Shown: piece after piece, positions 1 to 9,676 of the stretch
How the letters are laid out: every line of letters starts with the position of its first letter
Numbering within the stretch: the first letter of the stretch is position 1
From: a virus
Taxonomy: Duplodnaviria > Caudoviricetes
IMG/VR virus record: IMGVR_UViG_3300042542_002992
Coordinates: 1 to 62,327 of that record
Strand: one strand, 5' to 3'
Length of the DNA stretch: 62,327 nucleotides
Notes under the pieces: generated by a model
What the model saw: only the letters and a program-made list of their open reading frames with translations
The model's database searches: none
Told to the model about the DNA's origin: nothing
Translations under genes and position numbers: made by a program

Positions 1-1677
1 GATGTTGAGAGTATTGAATTGGGTATGATGACATCATTCGAACGTGATAAATACAAAGAAAAGTCCGAAGAACAAGACCTTGACGAGGATACTTGGGTAA
101 AGAATAAGAAATCGGGTTCAGTTTATCAAGTTAAACAACTAAACCCACAAACTCAAGACCCAGCCACAAAAGATGATGTAGAAAAGGCAAAACAAAAGGG
201 TAAAGAATCAGATAGTTCTGATGAAGTATCTGGAGAACCTGCATCTGAAGAACGTATTATAGCTGGTAAAGATAAAACGTTAATAAAAACAAATTCTTTA
301 GAATCTAAAGCATTTACTCAAGAAATGATTCCGGATGATGCTGAATTTGAAAAGAAAAACGCAAAGTTGGCAAACCCAACTCCACCCGATGCTTTTAAGA
401 TTCCAGACGATTTGGTTTCAAATCCGAAATTTCCAAAACGATATTTGAAAGCGTTAGAACGAATGATGAATACTCGACCTACCGGAGATGCTACAAAGTG
501 GTCTCACTTTAGTGATATTCCTGGTGGTGCTGGTCAAATATCTGCTCAAGCCGGTGAATTGATGACGATGATGGGAACATCCATGTCGAATGACGAATTT
601 ACAAAGTTAACTGACGCATTATCAGCACATGAAACTGCTCTGATTAAAAACAATCCCAGTTTAAAAACCGAGGGTAGCCGCATTGTAACAAAGAGTTGGA
701 TACAAGCTGCTAAAAACAATAGACAGGCAATATTAAATCGTATTAGTTCACAATATCCTGGTGCTGAAATTGTGGCTACATCTTGGGATACTAAAGATGA
801 AGTACAAGCTCTCGGTTTGAAGAATTACAATAAGAACAAAGGATTCTCAAGTGATATGTACGCCAAGATTAAACTTCAAGATGGTAGTGAGATTTTGGAT
901 GAGGTTTCTTTGAAAAAATCAACCATGGTTAACTTTTTGAATTCAGGTGCTGGTAAATTTTCCGAATGGGATACTGACTTACCAGATGAAATCAATCAAA
1001 AGGTATATTCATCAAATCAAAGAAAAGGTTTGAGTGATTTTGGCTCTAAATTCTCAAATGACATTAAAAAATTAATTGATTCAAATGACCCTGCTGCAAA
1101 ATCAGTAATAGATACTATGAAGTCTAAAAAAATATCATTTGATGATGCTTTGAATGATTTAGCAAAGGGTGGTGGTAGTCGTAGCAAAAACAAGGTAGTA
1201 TTGGAAGGTATCAAAGCTCTTGCTGATTCTGGAAATGAAGATGCAAAACAATACATGAAGAATGTTGATGAGACGCATCGTGAGTTTCAAGCCGAATCGG
1301 TTAAAGCTATTGTCACAAATCCAAAAATGAAAGCTGGTATGTTAGAGGAAATTAAGAAAGAGTTTCCTTTAAAATCAGTTTCAGATGGTGAAGAGACCAT
1401 GGCTATCGGTCCAAACTCTTTGGATAAGAAAGTTATGGAAAAAATATTTGGAACATCTGATTTTGAACAAATCAAAGAAAAATTAGTAGCTGAAGATGGC
1501 AATCCACCATACTTGGGATATAAAGCAGACCTTGATGGTAAAGTCATTCCGTTAGCTACAATTGTGGTTCGTGAAGATGGTGTTGGTTATGGTGGTCAGA
1601 TAAAATTTGAAATGCAGTTAGACAAAAGGTTTGCTAAAACCCTTGAAACTGCTAATAAAGACATATATTCAAAATAA
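1..1677 (+). CDS. 5'-truncated large phage protein, probable head-packaged protein with C-terminal PD-(D/E)XK-like nuclease motif
   Basis: Frame is open from base 1, so the true start lies upstream. Acidic N-terminus with DLDE site; AGE...SDMYAK...EVSLKK resembles a restriction-endonuclease-fold E..D..ExK motif. Confidence 0.45.
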   Translation, partial: DVESIELGMMTSFERDKYKEKSEEQDLDEDTWVKNKKSGSVYQVKQLNPQTQDPATKDDVEKAKQKGKESDSSDEVSGEPASEERIIAGKDKTLIKTNSLESKAFTQEMIPDDAEFEKKNAKLANPTPPDAFKIPDDLVSNPKFPKRYLKALERMMNTRPTGDATKWSHFSDIPGGAGQISAQAGELMTMMGTSMSNDEFTKLTDALSAHETALIKNNPSLKTEGSRIVTKSWIQAAKNNRQAILNRISSQYPGAEIVATSWDTKDEVQALGLKNYNKNKGFSSDMYAKIKLQDGSEILDEVSLKKSTMVNFLNSGAGKFSEWDTDLPDEINQKVYSSNQRKGLSDFGSKFSNDIKKLIDSNDPAAKSVIDTMKSKKISFDDALNDLAKGGGSRSKNKVVLEGIKALADSGNEDAKQYMKNVDETHREFQAESVKAIVTNPKMKAGMLEEIKKEFPLKSVSDGEETMAIGPNSLDKKVMEKIFGTSDFEQIKEKLVAEDGNPPYLGYKADLDGKVIPLATIVVREDGVGYGGQIKFEMQLDKRFAKTLETANKDIYSK

Positions 1678-1691
1678 TTACGGAGACATGA

Positions 1692-2081
1692 GTGAGAACG
1701 CAGTTATTGTGTACATTTACAAACGAAAACACATTTGAGGATGTGGTAAACGCTATTCATTCTAAATTTGAGTTGTTTAGTAAAAAAATATTCATATTGA
1801 AATTAGACCCATCTAAAGAGTTAGTTGTTAGTTACAATATTATGCCAACCACCATGAACAAGTTCTTACCAAACACAATCATGGTACATCGTAAAAAGGA
1901 AACCAATACGATGTATACTATAAATGCTCTAAACAAACTTATATTAGACTTAAACAATGGAGTAAGTGATAGCCATTATCAAGTGAATTGGGACGAATAT
2001 AGGAATGCTGTGATTCTGACCGATGGTGATGGGTATAAGATTTTAAAAACAACATTATTCAGAATTATTGACGTTAATTAA
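1692..2081 (+). CDS. conserved hypothetical phage protein
   Basis: 129 aa ORF, GTG start with GGAG 6 nt upstream; HRKKETNTMYTINALN motif; no function recognised. Confidence 0.7.
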   Translation: MRTQLLCTFTNENTFEDVVNAIHSKFELFSKKIFILKLDPSKELVVSYNIMPTTMNKFLPNTIMVHRKKETNTMYTINALNKLILDLNNGVSDSHYQVNWDEYRNAVILTDGDGYKILKTTLFRIIDVN

Positions 2082-2092
2082 CTCTACTCCGA

Positions 2093-2100
2093 TATTTATA
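2093..2100 (+). promoter_or_regulatory. putative phage late-type promoter motif TATTTATA
   Basis: TA(T/C)TTAT recurs in intergenic gaps ahead of at least 9 transcription units. Confidence 0.45.
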
Positions 2101-2167
2101 CCAGTGGGTATAATACCAACGGGTAAACCCCCCAAAACTGAAAAATAAAAAAATATTTTGAAATACA

Positions 2168-2199
2168 TTTGGAATTGTCACCCAAATGTTGTATATTAG
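2168..2199 (+). promoter_or_regulatory. Bacteroidota sigma-A type promoter (-33/-7) for SSB operon
   Basis: TTTG(2168)-N20-TATATTAG(2192). Confidence 0.65.
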
Positions 2200-2238
2200 T
2201 GACAAGTTTAACAATTAACAAATAAAAAAAGGTAAATT

Positions 2239-3012
2239 ATGGCTATTGACTTAAATGCAATCCGAAACCGTCTGAACAGTCTTCAGACGAAAGTAACAAA
2301 GACTGACAACTTGTGGAAACCACAACCTGGTAAACAACAAATTAGGATTCTTCCTTACGTCCACAACTCCGCTAACCCATTTATCGAACTTTACTTCCAC
2401 TTTGACTTTGGTGGTAAAAACGTATTGTCACCCATTTCACATGGTGGTGCTGACCCGTTGGTTGAGTTCGCTGAAAAGTTGAAGGCTACTGGAAATCGTG
2501 ATGATTGGAATCTTTCAAAAAAGTTGACTCCAAAGATGCGTACTTACGTTCCTGTATTGGTTCGTGGTGAAGAATCTGAAGGTGTTAAGTTTTGGGGATT
2601 TGGTAAACAAGTTTATCAAGAATTGTTGGCGTTCTTCGCTGACCCAGATTATGGTGATTTGACTGACCCTGTTAGTGGTCGTGATATCACTGTAGAATTC
2701 AAATCTGCTGCTGATGTGGGTAAATCTTATCCAGAAACCTACATTCGTGTAAAACCAAACACAACTCCAATTTCAGAGGATAAAAACATCCTTGAGTTGT
2801 GTAAAGACCAAATCGATTTGTCGACTATGTTCAAAAAAGTATCTTATGAGGATATGAACAAAATGCTCGAACAATGGTTAGAAACCGGCCAAGTAGCCGA
2901 CTCTGAAGCTGAACCAACCGCTGACGTTCCGGTTCAGTCTGAATCCGCACCAAAATCAGTAAGTGGTGCTGCTAGTGTAAAAGAAGCATTTGACGACCTT
3001 TTTAACGACTAA
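2239..3012 (+). CDS. single-stranded DNA-binding protein (T4 gp32-like)
   Basis: WKP..GK..IRILP, KFWGFGK.VYQ.L, DYGDLTDP..GRDI motifs; acidic tail ending FDDLFND; next to recombinase. Confidence 0.85.
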   Translation: MAIDLNAIRNRLNSLQTKVTKTDNLWKPQPGKQQIRILPYVHNSANPFIELYFHFDFGGKNVLSPISHGGADPLVEFAEKLKATGNRDDWNLSKKLTPKMRTYVPVLVRGEESEGVKFWGFGKQVYQELLAFFADPDYGDLTDPVSGRDITVEFKSAADVGKSYPETYIRVKPNTTPISEDKNILELCKDQIDLSTMFKKVSYEDMNKMLEQWLETGQVADSEAEPTADVPVQSESAPKSVSGAASVKEAFDDLFND

Positions 3013-3014
3013 TT

Positions 3015-4151
3015 ATGGCAGGAAAGAAAGATTCAGTTCGTGATGAACTATCGTCAATCCTTGCTAATAATCTAAACAAGAAATTCAAATCGGCTCACAA
3101 AGTCGCTTTTTTCTTGGATGGTTCGGAACAGACACCCACCGACTTGGATGAGTGGGTGTCTACCGGCTCTCCTATGTTAGATTTGGCAATCTCAAATAGA
3201 CCTCATGGTGGATTACCAGTTGGTCGTATTACGGAGATTACTGGATTAGAAGGTAGTGGTAAATCACTCCTTGCGGCTCATGCTATTGCTGATACGCAAC
3301 AAAAGGGTGGATTGGGTGTTTACATTGACACCGAAAACGCACTTAACCAAGAATTTCTTGAAGCCATTGGAGTTGACATCAAAAAGATGTTGTATGTTCC
3401 CTTGGAAACAGTCGAAGACATCTTTGAAGCCATTGATTCGATTATTGAGTCAGTTCGTGCTGCTGATGGTGACAAAAAGAAATTGGTTACTATTGTAGTA
3501 GACTCCGTTGCAGGTGCTTCTACAAAGGTTGAGATTTCAGCTGACTACGACCAAGCTGGCTACGCAACTCAAAAAGCAATCATCATTTCAAAGGCTATGA
3601 GAAAAGTTACGAACCTAATTGGACGTGAACGAATTTCTCTAATCTTTACAAACCAACTTCGTACTCGATTGGGAGTATCGTTTGGTGACCCTTGGACTAC
3701 AAGTGGTGGTAAGGCAATTGCTTTCCACTCATCATGTAGATTGAGATTGAAACAAATGGGTCAGTTGAAGGCAAAAGTTGGTGGTGTTGAACAAGTAGTT
3801 GGTATCAAAACCCGTGCTCAAGTTATCAAGAACCGAATGGGACCGCCGCTCCGTTCCGTTGACTACGATATCTACTTTGATAGTGGTATTGACAACTACG
3901 GGTCGTGGTTGGAGATGATGAAGACATACAAACTTGTTAACCAAAGTGGTGCTTGGTATACATATGTCAACAAAACTACAGGTGAGGAAATTAAATTCCA
4001 AGCCAAGAATTTTGAAGAAACTCTAAAATCTGACCCTGAACTTAAAGAGACTATTTACCAACAAATTTGTGAGACTTATATCATGTCTTACAAAGAGTCC
4101 AGTGCAGAGTCAAACATTGATAACATTGAAGTAACTGATTTTGATGATTAA
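3015..4151 (+). CDS. recA: RecA/UvsX recombinase
   Basis: GGLPVGRITEITGLEGSGKS Walker A, YIDTE, VVDSVA, TNQLR, TSGGKA, KNR motifs. Confidence 0.95.
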   Translation: MAGKKDSVRDELSSILANNLNKKFKSAHKVAFFLDGSEQTPTDLDEWVSTGSPMLDLAISNRPHGGLPVGRITEITGLEGSGKSLLAAHAIADTQQKGGLGVYIDTENALNQEFLEAIGVDIKKMLYVPLETVEDIFEAIDSIIESVRAADGDKKKLVTIVVDSVAGASTKVEISADYDQAGYATQKAIIISKAMRKVTNLIGRERISLIFTNQLRTRLGVSFGDPWTTSGGKAIAFHSSCRLRLKQMGQLKAKVGGVEQVVGIKTRAQVIKNRMGPPLRSVDYDIYFDSGIDNYGSWLEMMKTYKLVNQSGAWYTYVNKTTGEEIKFQAKNFEETLKSDPELKETIYQQICETYIMSYKESSAESNIDNIEVTDFDD

Positions 4152-5196
4152 TAGGTATAAAGAACTGCTTAAAGAAGTAGAAAAAGAACATAGTGAAGTA
4201 AAAAACGAAGAACTAAATGATAGAGTTCTGATTATAGATGGTCTCAATCAGTTTATTCGAGTCTTTGGTGCAGTTCCTGCCTTAAATGACGATGGTGAAC
4301 ATTGTGGTGGTGTGACAGGGTTTCTCCTGTCCACCGCTGCTACCATCCGAAGCCTTAAACCAACCCGAGTGGTTATTGTGTTTGATGGTAAAGGTGGTTC
4401 TAATCGTAGAAAATCAGTTTATAAAGAATACAAAGAGGGTAGGACTGGTTTGACCAAATTAAATCGTCTTGCCGGTTATGAGGACTTGGAAGACCAGTCA
4501 GCTTCTATGAGAAAACAATTCGCAAGACTAATTGAGTATCTACAAGTTCTTCCTATAACACTAACCTATATTGACCACGTTGAAGCCGATGATATTATAG
4601 CTTATCTTGCGGTACACTATTTTAAAAAGGATGTCACAATCGTTTCTTCAGACAAAGATTTTCTACAATTAGTAAACCCACGAATCAAAGTTTGGGCTTC
4701 TACTAAAAAGAAAATGTATGATGAGTCTTTGGTAAAAGAAGAGTATGGTGTAATTCCTCAAAATTTGGTGTTCTATCGAGTTATAACAGGAGACGCTTCA
4801 GATAACATTTCGGGCGTAAAGGGTATCGGTGAAAAGACAATTTCTCAAAAAATGTCATTTTTAAACAATGGCGAGTTAGACCTTGATGGGTTTTTAGAAA
4901 AATGTTCTACTGACTGTGATGAGAAATTATCAAAAAAACTATTAGAATCGACTGATACGATTACCATGAACTTTAATCTAATGCAATTACGAGACCCTGA
5001 AATTGCATCTTCAATAAAGTCAAACGTTAGGGCTATCATGGATGACCATCAACCAATGCTCGATTTGGTAGAGTTCAAAAAGATGTTCATGTATGATAAA
5101 TTGTACACAGCATTCGCTAATGTGGATTCTTGGTTGAGAAATTCATTCACATCCTTGGAAACAAATTTAAAAAATCACTTTGATAATAGAAAATAA
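4144..5196 (+). CDS. 5'-3' exonuclease / T4 RNase H-like flap nuclease
   Basis: IIDGLN, VFDG, EADDIIA, SSDKDFLQL, GDASDNISGVKGIGEKT. Confidence 0.92.
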   Translation: MINRYKELLKEVEKEHSEVKNEELNDRVLIIDGLNQFIRVFGAVPALNDDGEHCGGVTGFLLSTAATIRSLKPTRVVIVFDGKGGSNRRKSVYKEYKEGRTGLTKLNRLAGYEDLEDQSASMRKQFARLIEYLQVLPITLTYIDHVEADDIIAYLAVHYFKKDVTIVSSDKDFLQLVNPRIKVWASTKKKMYDESLVKEEYGVIPQNLVFYRVITGDASDNISGVKGIGEKTISQKMSFLNNGELDLDGFLEKCSTDCDEKLSKKLLESTDTITMNFNLMQLRDPEIASSIKSNVRAIMDDHQPMLDLVEFKKMFMYDKLYTAFANVDSWLRNSFTSLETNLKNHFDNRK

Positions 5197-5209
5197 ATTC
5201 GTATATTTG
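5179..5209 (+). promoter_or_regulatory. Bacteroidota-type promoter for helicase
   Basis: TTTG(5179)-N19-TATATTTG(5202). Confidence 0.7.
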
Positions 5210-5213
5210 GTTT

Positions 5214-6572
5214 ATGGAAAAATTCGGAACGAAGTTCTCAAACACATTTCAGATAAAAGTTATATCATCCTTACTTGGTGATAGAGTTTTTACCAGACAG
5301 GTGTTTGATATCCTTAAACCACAATATTTCGATTCAGAGGCATCGGAGTGGTTGGTTAAGGAAATAATGTCCTATATGGACACATATGAGACGTTACCAA
5401 CCCTTGATGTACTAAAGGTAAAGATTAATTCGGTTGAGCGTGATGTTTTAAAGACTTCAATTGTTGATACTTTAAAATCCGCTTGGACTAATCTTGAAAG
5501 TGAGGATTTAGACTATGTAAAAGAACAATCGGTAGAGTTTTGTAGAAATCAATCAATCAAGAACGCTATTCTCGATTCAGTATCATTACTTGAACAAGGT
5601 AAATACGATACAATCAAGAAAAAGATTGATGATGCTATGAAGTCAGGTCAATCACAAGATATTGGTCATGATTACAAAACCATGATTGATGTTAGATACG
5701 AAGACACAATTAGAAACGTGGTATCTACTGGTTGGAAAGTGATTGATGATGTTACACAAGGTGGTTTTGGTAAGGGTGAACTTGTAATGTTTGCTGCTCC
5801 TCCGGGAATTGGTAAATCTTGGTCATTGATTAACATTGGTGTTAACGCAATGAAACAAGGTAAGACGGTAGCCCACTATACATTGGAATTAAATGAAGGT
5901 TACGTTGGTCAAAGATACGATGCTGTTTTAACGGGCATACCTGTCGCTAACCTTAAATTTAACCGAGAGGAAGTTGACAAAATGGTCAAATCCGTGAAGG
6001 GTGACCTAATTGTAAAGTATTACCCTACCAAAACTGCTAGTGTGACCTCGTTAAGAGCTCACTTGGATAGAATGATTCTACAAGGAAAACGTCCTGATGT
6101 TGTAATTGTCGACTATGCTGATTTGTTGAGAGGGCCCTCGAAAGAAAAACGACATGAAGAGTTGGAAGAAATTATCGAAGACTTGCGTGGTATGGCCGGT
6201 GAGTATGAAGTACCAATCTACACAGCATCTCAAATCAATCGTAGTGGGGCAGAAGATGACATTATTACAGGTACAAAAATTGCAGGTTCATTCTCTAAAA
6301 TGATGACTGCTGACTTTGTAATCTCATTGTCTCGTAAGATTGAAGACAAGTTAAGTGGTACTGGAAGATGGCACGTTATTAAGAATCGATTTGGGCCTGA
6401 TGGTATGACTTTCCCATCCAAGGCAAACTTCTCAAATGGTCAAATTCAGATATTTGATGACGCTTCCATTGATGGTAAACAAACACAAAAAGAGATGAAA
6501 GGTGGGGAGAGTTTGGTAAGAAAAGAATTGTTACAAAAATATAAAGAAATCAATGGTGGGATGGATTTCTAA
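5214..6572 (+). CDS. DnaB-like replicative helicase (T4 gp41-like)
   Basis: AAPPGIGKS Walker A, TLEL, VDYADL, ASQINR, KNRFG. Confidence 0.93.
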   Translation: MEKFGTKFSNTFQIKVISSLLGDRVFTRQVFDILKPQYFDSEASEWLVKEIMSYMDTYETLPTLDVLKVKINSVERDVLKTSIVDTLKSAWTNLESEDLDYVKEQSVEFCRNQSIKNAILDSVSLLEQGKYDTIKKKIDDAMKSGQSQDIGHDYKTMIDVRYEDTIRNVVSTGWKVIDDVTQGGFGKGELVMFAAPPGIGKSWSLINIGVNAMKQGKTVAHYTLELNEGYVGQRYDAVLTGIPVANLKFNREEVDKMVKSVKGDLIVKYYPTKTASVTSLRAHLDRMILQGKRPDVVIVDYADLLRGPSKEKRHEELEEIIEDLRGMAGEYEVPIYTASQINRSGAEDDIITGTKIAGSFSKMMTADFVISLSRKIEDKLSGTGRWHVIKNRFGPDGMTFPSKANFSNGQIQIFDDASIDGKQTQKEMKGGESLVRKELLQKYKEINGGMDF

Positions 6573-6630
6573 CCACTATATATAATCACCCAATTTATAA
6601 AAATGAAGAAAAAAATAAGGAGAGTTGTAT

Positions 6631-7641
6631 ATGGGACTATTTGATAATCGTATACCATTTAAACCCTTTGAGTATACGGAATACTATACTGAAGGATGGT
6701 TGAAACAAGCACAAGCATTTTGGTTGCATACGGAAATTCCAATGCAAGGAGATGTTAAAGATTGGAATGAAAATTTGTCAGTTTCAGAAAAGAATTTGGT
6801 TGGTAATATCCTTTTAGGATTTGCTCAAACTGAATGTGCTGTATCTGACTATTGGACTGGTATGGTTACCAAGTGGTTTCCTAAACACGAAATTAAACAA
6901 ATGGCTATGATGTTTGGTTCACAAGAAACCATTCATGCTACGGCTTATTCGTACTTAAATGAAACACTCGGACTCGAAGATTTTGAAGCGTTCTTACATG
7001 AGCCCGCTACTGCTGAAAAGTTTGAGGTTTTAATTAACACCAAAGCAGAATATACACCGGAAGATTTAAAGTGGAATTCTGATGCCCGTGAAGATGTGGC
7101 TCGTTCACTTGCTGTGTTCTCGGCATTCGCTGAAGGTGTTTCATTGTATTCATCATTTGCTGTTTTGTATTCGTTCCAAATGAGAAATCTTTTGAAAGGG
7201 ATTGGTCAACAAATGAAATGGTCAGTAAGGGACGAATCATTACACTCAAAAATGGGATGTCAATTATTCAGACATATGTGTGATGAATACCCTGGATTAT
7301 TAGAGAGTGTTAAACCAAAAGTTTACGAAGCTGCTCGACTAATTCAAAAGTTGGAACACAACTATATTGACAAAATGTTTGAAATGGGTGACCTTGAAAA
7401 TCTAAAAAAGGAAGACCTAAAAAACTTTATCAATCAGCGCTTAAATGAGAAATTGGCCGAGCTTGGTTATAATCCATTTGCTGGTGGTAATGATTATTTT
7501 GAATATGATAAAGAATCAGCCGAAAGATTAGAGTGGTTCTACCATTTGACTGGCGGTTTAACACATACTGACTTCTTTGCTCTTCGACCAACCGACTATT
7601 CGAAGGCTGGTGAAGGTGAAGATTGGTCTGATATATTTTAA
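6631..7641 (+). CDS. nrdB: ribonucleotide reductase class Ia beta subunit
   Basis: AFW...EI, QETIHATAY, EGVSLYSSF, RDESLH diiron motifs; DFF...TDY tail. Confidence 0.95.
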   Translation: MGLFDNRIPFKPFEYTEYYTEGWLKQAQAFWLHTEIPMQGDVKDWNENLSVSEKNLVGNILLGFAQTECAVSDYWTGMVTKWFPKHEIKQMAMMFGSQETIHATAYSYLNETLGLEDFEAFLHEPATAEKFEVLINTKAEYTPEDLKWNSDAREDVARSLAVFSAFAEGVSLYSSFAVLYSFQMRNLLKGIGQQMKWSVRDESLHSKMGCQLFRHMCDEYPGLLESVKPKVYEAARLIQKLEHNYIDKMFEMGDLENLKKEDLKNFINQRLNEKLAELGYNPFAGGNDYFEYDKESAERLEWFYHLTGGLTHTDFFALRPTDYSKAGEGEDWSDIF

Positions 7642-7647
7642 TTAGTT

Positions 7648-9432
7648 ATGAAAAATTATGGAGAAGAATTGGGTTGGGAGCTCGGAGTAGACTTTCCAAC
7701 CTGGGGTAATACCGAAATTTATGTTAAAACAATCTCAAAGGGATATCTCCTTGCCGGAGAAACCCCAAAAGACGCTTACTGGCGTGTATCTACCGCAGTT
7801 GCCCGTAGGTTGGGTAAACCTCAACTTGCTAGTAAGTTTTTTGATTATATTTGGCGTGGGTGGCTTAATCTTGCTACTCCTGTCCTTTCCAATACTGGTA
7901 CTGACAGGGGTCTACCGATTTCTTGTTTCGGTATTGATGTCGGTGACTCAATCCAAGAAATAGGTTCAAAGAATCTTGAAATGATGCTACTCGCCAAGCA
8001 TGGTGGTGGTGTTGGTATTGGTGTAAATATGATTAGGTCGGCTGGGTCAAGAATCACCGGAAATGGTACATCTGATGGTGTAGTTCCATTTTGTAAGATT
8101 TATGATTCAACCATTCTTGCTACAAACCAAGGTTCGGTTCGTAGGGGGGCTGCTTCAATCAACCTAAACATTGAACATGGTGACTTTGATGAGTGGATTG
8201 AAATTCGTGAACCAAAGGGTGATGTGAATCGACAATCGCTGAATCTACACCAATGTGTAGTGGTGGGTGATAAGTTTATGAGAAAACTTGAAGAGGGTGA
8301 TGCTGAAGCTCGTAGAAAGTGGGGTAAGGTACTTCAGAAAAGAAAAGCTACTGGCGAACCATATATCATGTTCAAGGGTAATGTAAACAAACAAAATCCA
8401 GAGGCATACAAACAAAATGGATTAAAAGTCTTTATGACTAACATTTGTAGTGAGATTACACTTCACACGGACGAATCACACTCATTTGTATGTTGTTTGT
8501 CATCAGTAAATTTGGCTAAATATGATGAATGGAAAGATACCGACCTTATCTATACAGCCGTTTGGTTCTTGGATGGTGTTCTTGAGGAATTTATCCAAAG
8601 AGCAAAGAATATGAGAGGATTTGAAAATTCAGTTCGTTCGGCTGAAAAGGGTCGTGCTCTTGGTCTTGGAGTTCTTGGATGGCACACATACTTACAACAA
8701 AAAGGTATGTCATTCGAGGGTCTTCCTGCTCAGTTTGAGACTCGTAAGATTTTCTCTCAAATGAAGATTGAGGCTGAACGTGCTTCTCGTGCTATGGCTG
8801 AAGAATATGGTGAACCTTTATGGTGTGTTGGTACTGGTATGAGAAATACTCACTTGATGGCTATTGCTCCAACTGTATCAAACTCAAAATTGAGTGGTAA
8901 TGTTTCTGCTGGAATTGAACCATGGGCTGCAAACGTGTTTACGGAACAAACTGCTAAAGGAACGTTCATCCGTAAGAATTCTGAATTGGAACGAGTTCTT
9001 CGTAAAATTGGAATCAACAATAAAGATACTTGGGATAAGATTCTACAAGATGGTGGTTCGGTACAAGATATCGCGGAGCTTGATAATTGGGGGTTTGTTA
9101 ATGGTAAGTTGACAAATCGTAATGATATGACCGAATCTAATTTTGAAAACAAAGAAATTGATTGGGTAAAAGATGTTTACAAAACATTTAAAGAAATCAA
9201 TCAGTTGGAGTTGGTAAAACAAGCCGGTATCAGACAACAATACGTTGACCAATCAGTATCGTTAAATTTGGCATTCCCAACTCAAGCTACTCCAAAATGG
9301 ATTAATCAAGTACACATGGAAGCATGGAAATCGGGTATCAAAACCCTTTATTATATGAGAACGGAGTCAGTTCTTCGTGGTGATATTGCTACAAAAGCTA
9401 CTGACCCTGATTGTTTAAGTTGTGATGGATAG
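7648..9432 (+). CDS. nrdA: ribonucleotide reductase class Ia alpha subunit (no ATP cone)
   Basis: ATPVLSN, PISCF, TNICSEI, CCLSS, APTVS, DQSVSLN, KTLYY, C-terminal CLSCDG. Confidence 0.95.
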   Translation: MKNYGEELGWELGVDFPTWGNTEIYVKTISKGYLLAGETPKDAYWRVSTAVARRLGKPQLASKFFDYIWRGWLNLATPVLSNTGTDRGLPISCFGIDVGDSIQEIGSKNLEMMLLAKHGGGVGIGVNMIRSAGSRITGNGTSDGVVPFCKIYDSTILATNQGSVRRGAASINLNIEHGDFDEWIEIREPKGDVNRQSLNLHQCVVVGDKFMRKLEEGDAEARRKWGKVLQKRKATGEPYIMFKGNVNKQNPEAYKQNGLKVFMTNICSEITLHTDESHSFVCCLSSVNLAKYDEWKDTDLIYTAVWFLDGVLEEFIQRAKNMRGFENSVRSAEKGRALGLGVLGWHTYLQQKGMSFEGLPAQFETRKIFSQMKIEAERASRAMAEEYGEPLWCVGTGMRNTHLMAIAPTVSNSKLSGNVSAGIEPWAANVFTEQTAKGTFIRKNSELERVLRKIGINNKDTWDKILQDGGSVQDIAELDNWGFVNGKLTNRNDMTESNFENKEIDWVKDVYKTFKEINQLELVKQAGIRQQYVDQSVSLNLAFPTQATPKWINQVHMEAWKSGIKTLYYMRTESVLRGDIATKATDPDCLSCDG

Positions 9433-9436
9433 AAAT

Positions 9437-9673
9437 ATGAGAAACTACATTTATTTTAGTGCTCCGTGGTGTGGACCTTGCAAGATGCTAGGTCCAGTCA
9501 TGGATAGAGTTAATAACACCATTCCGGTTCAAAAAATTATAGTTGATGACTTTCCACAAATTGCTAAACAACATAATGTTAGAAACATACCAACAGTAAT
9601 TTTATTTGAAAATGGTGTAGAAGTAAAACGCTTTGTGGGAGTTAAACCCGAATCTGAATATTTAAATCCATAA
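9437..9673 (+). CDS. trxA: thioredoxin
   Basis: FSAPWCGPCK active site, IPT motif; follows nrdA. Confidence 0.9.
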   Translation: MRNYIYFSAPWCGPCKMLGPVMDRVNNTIPVQKIIVDDFPQIAKQHNVRNIPTVILFENGVEVKRFVGVKPESEYLNP

Positions 9674-9676
9674 GTT

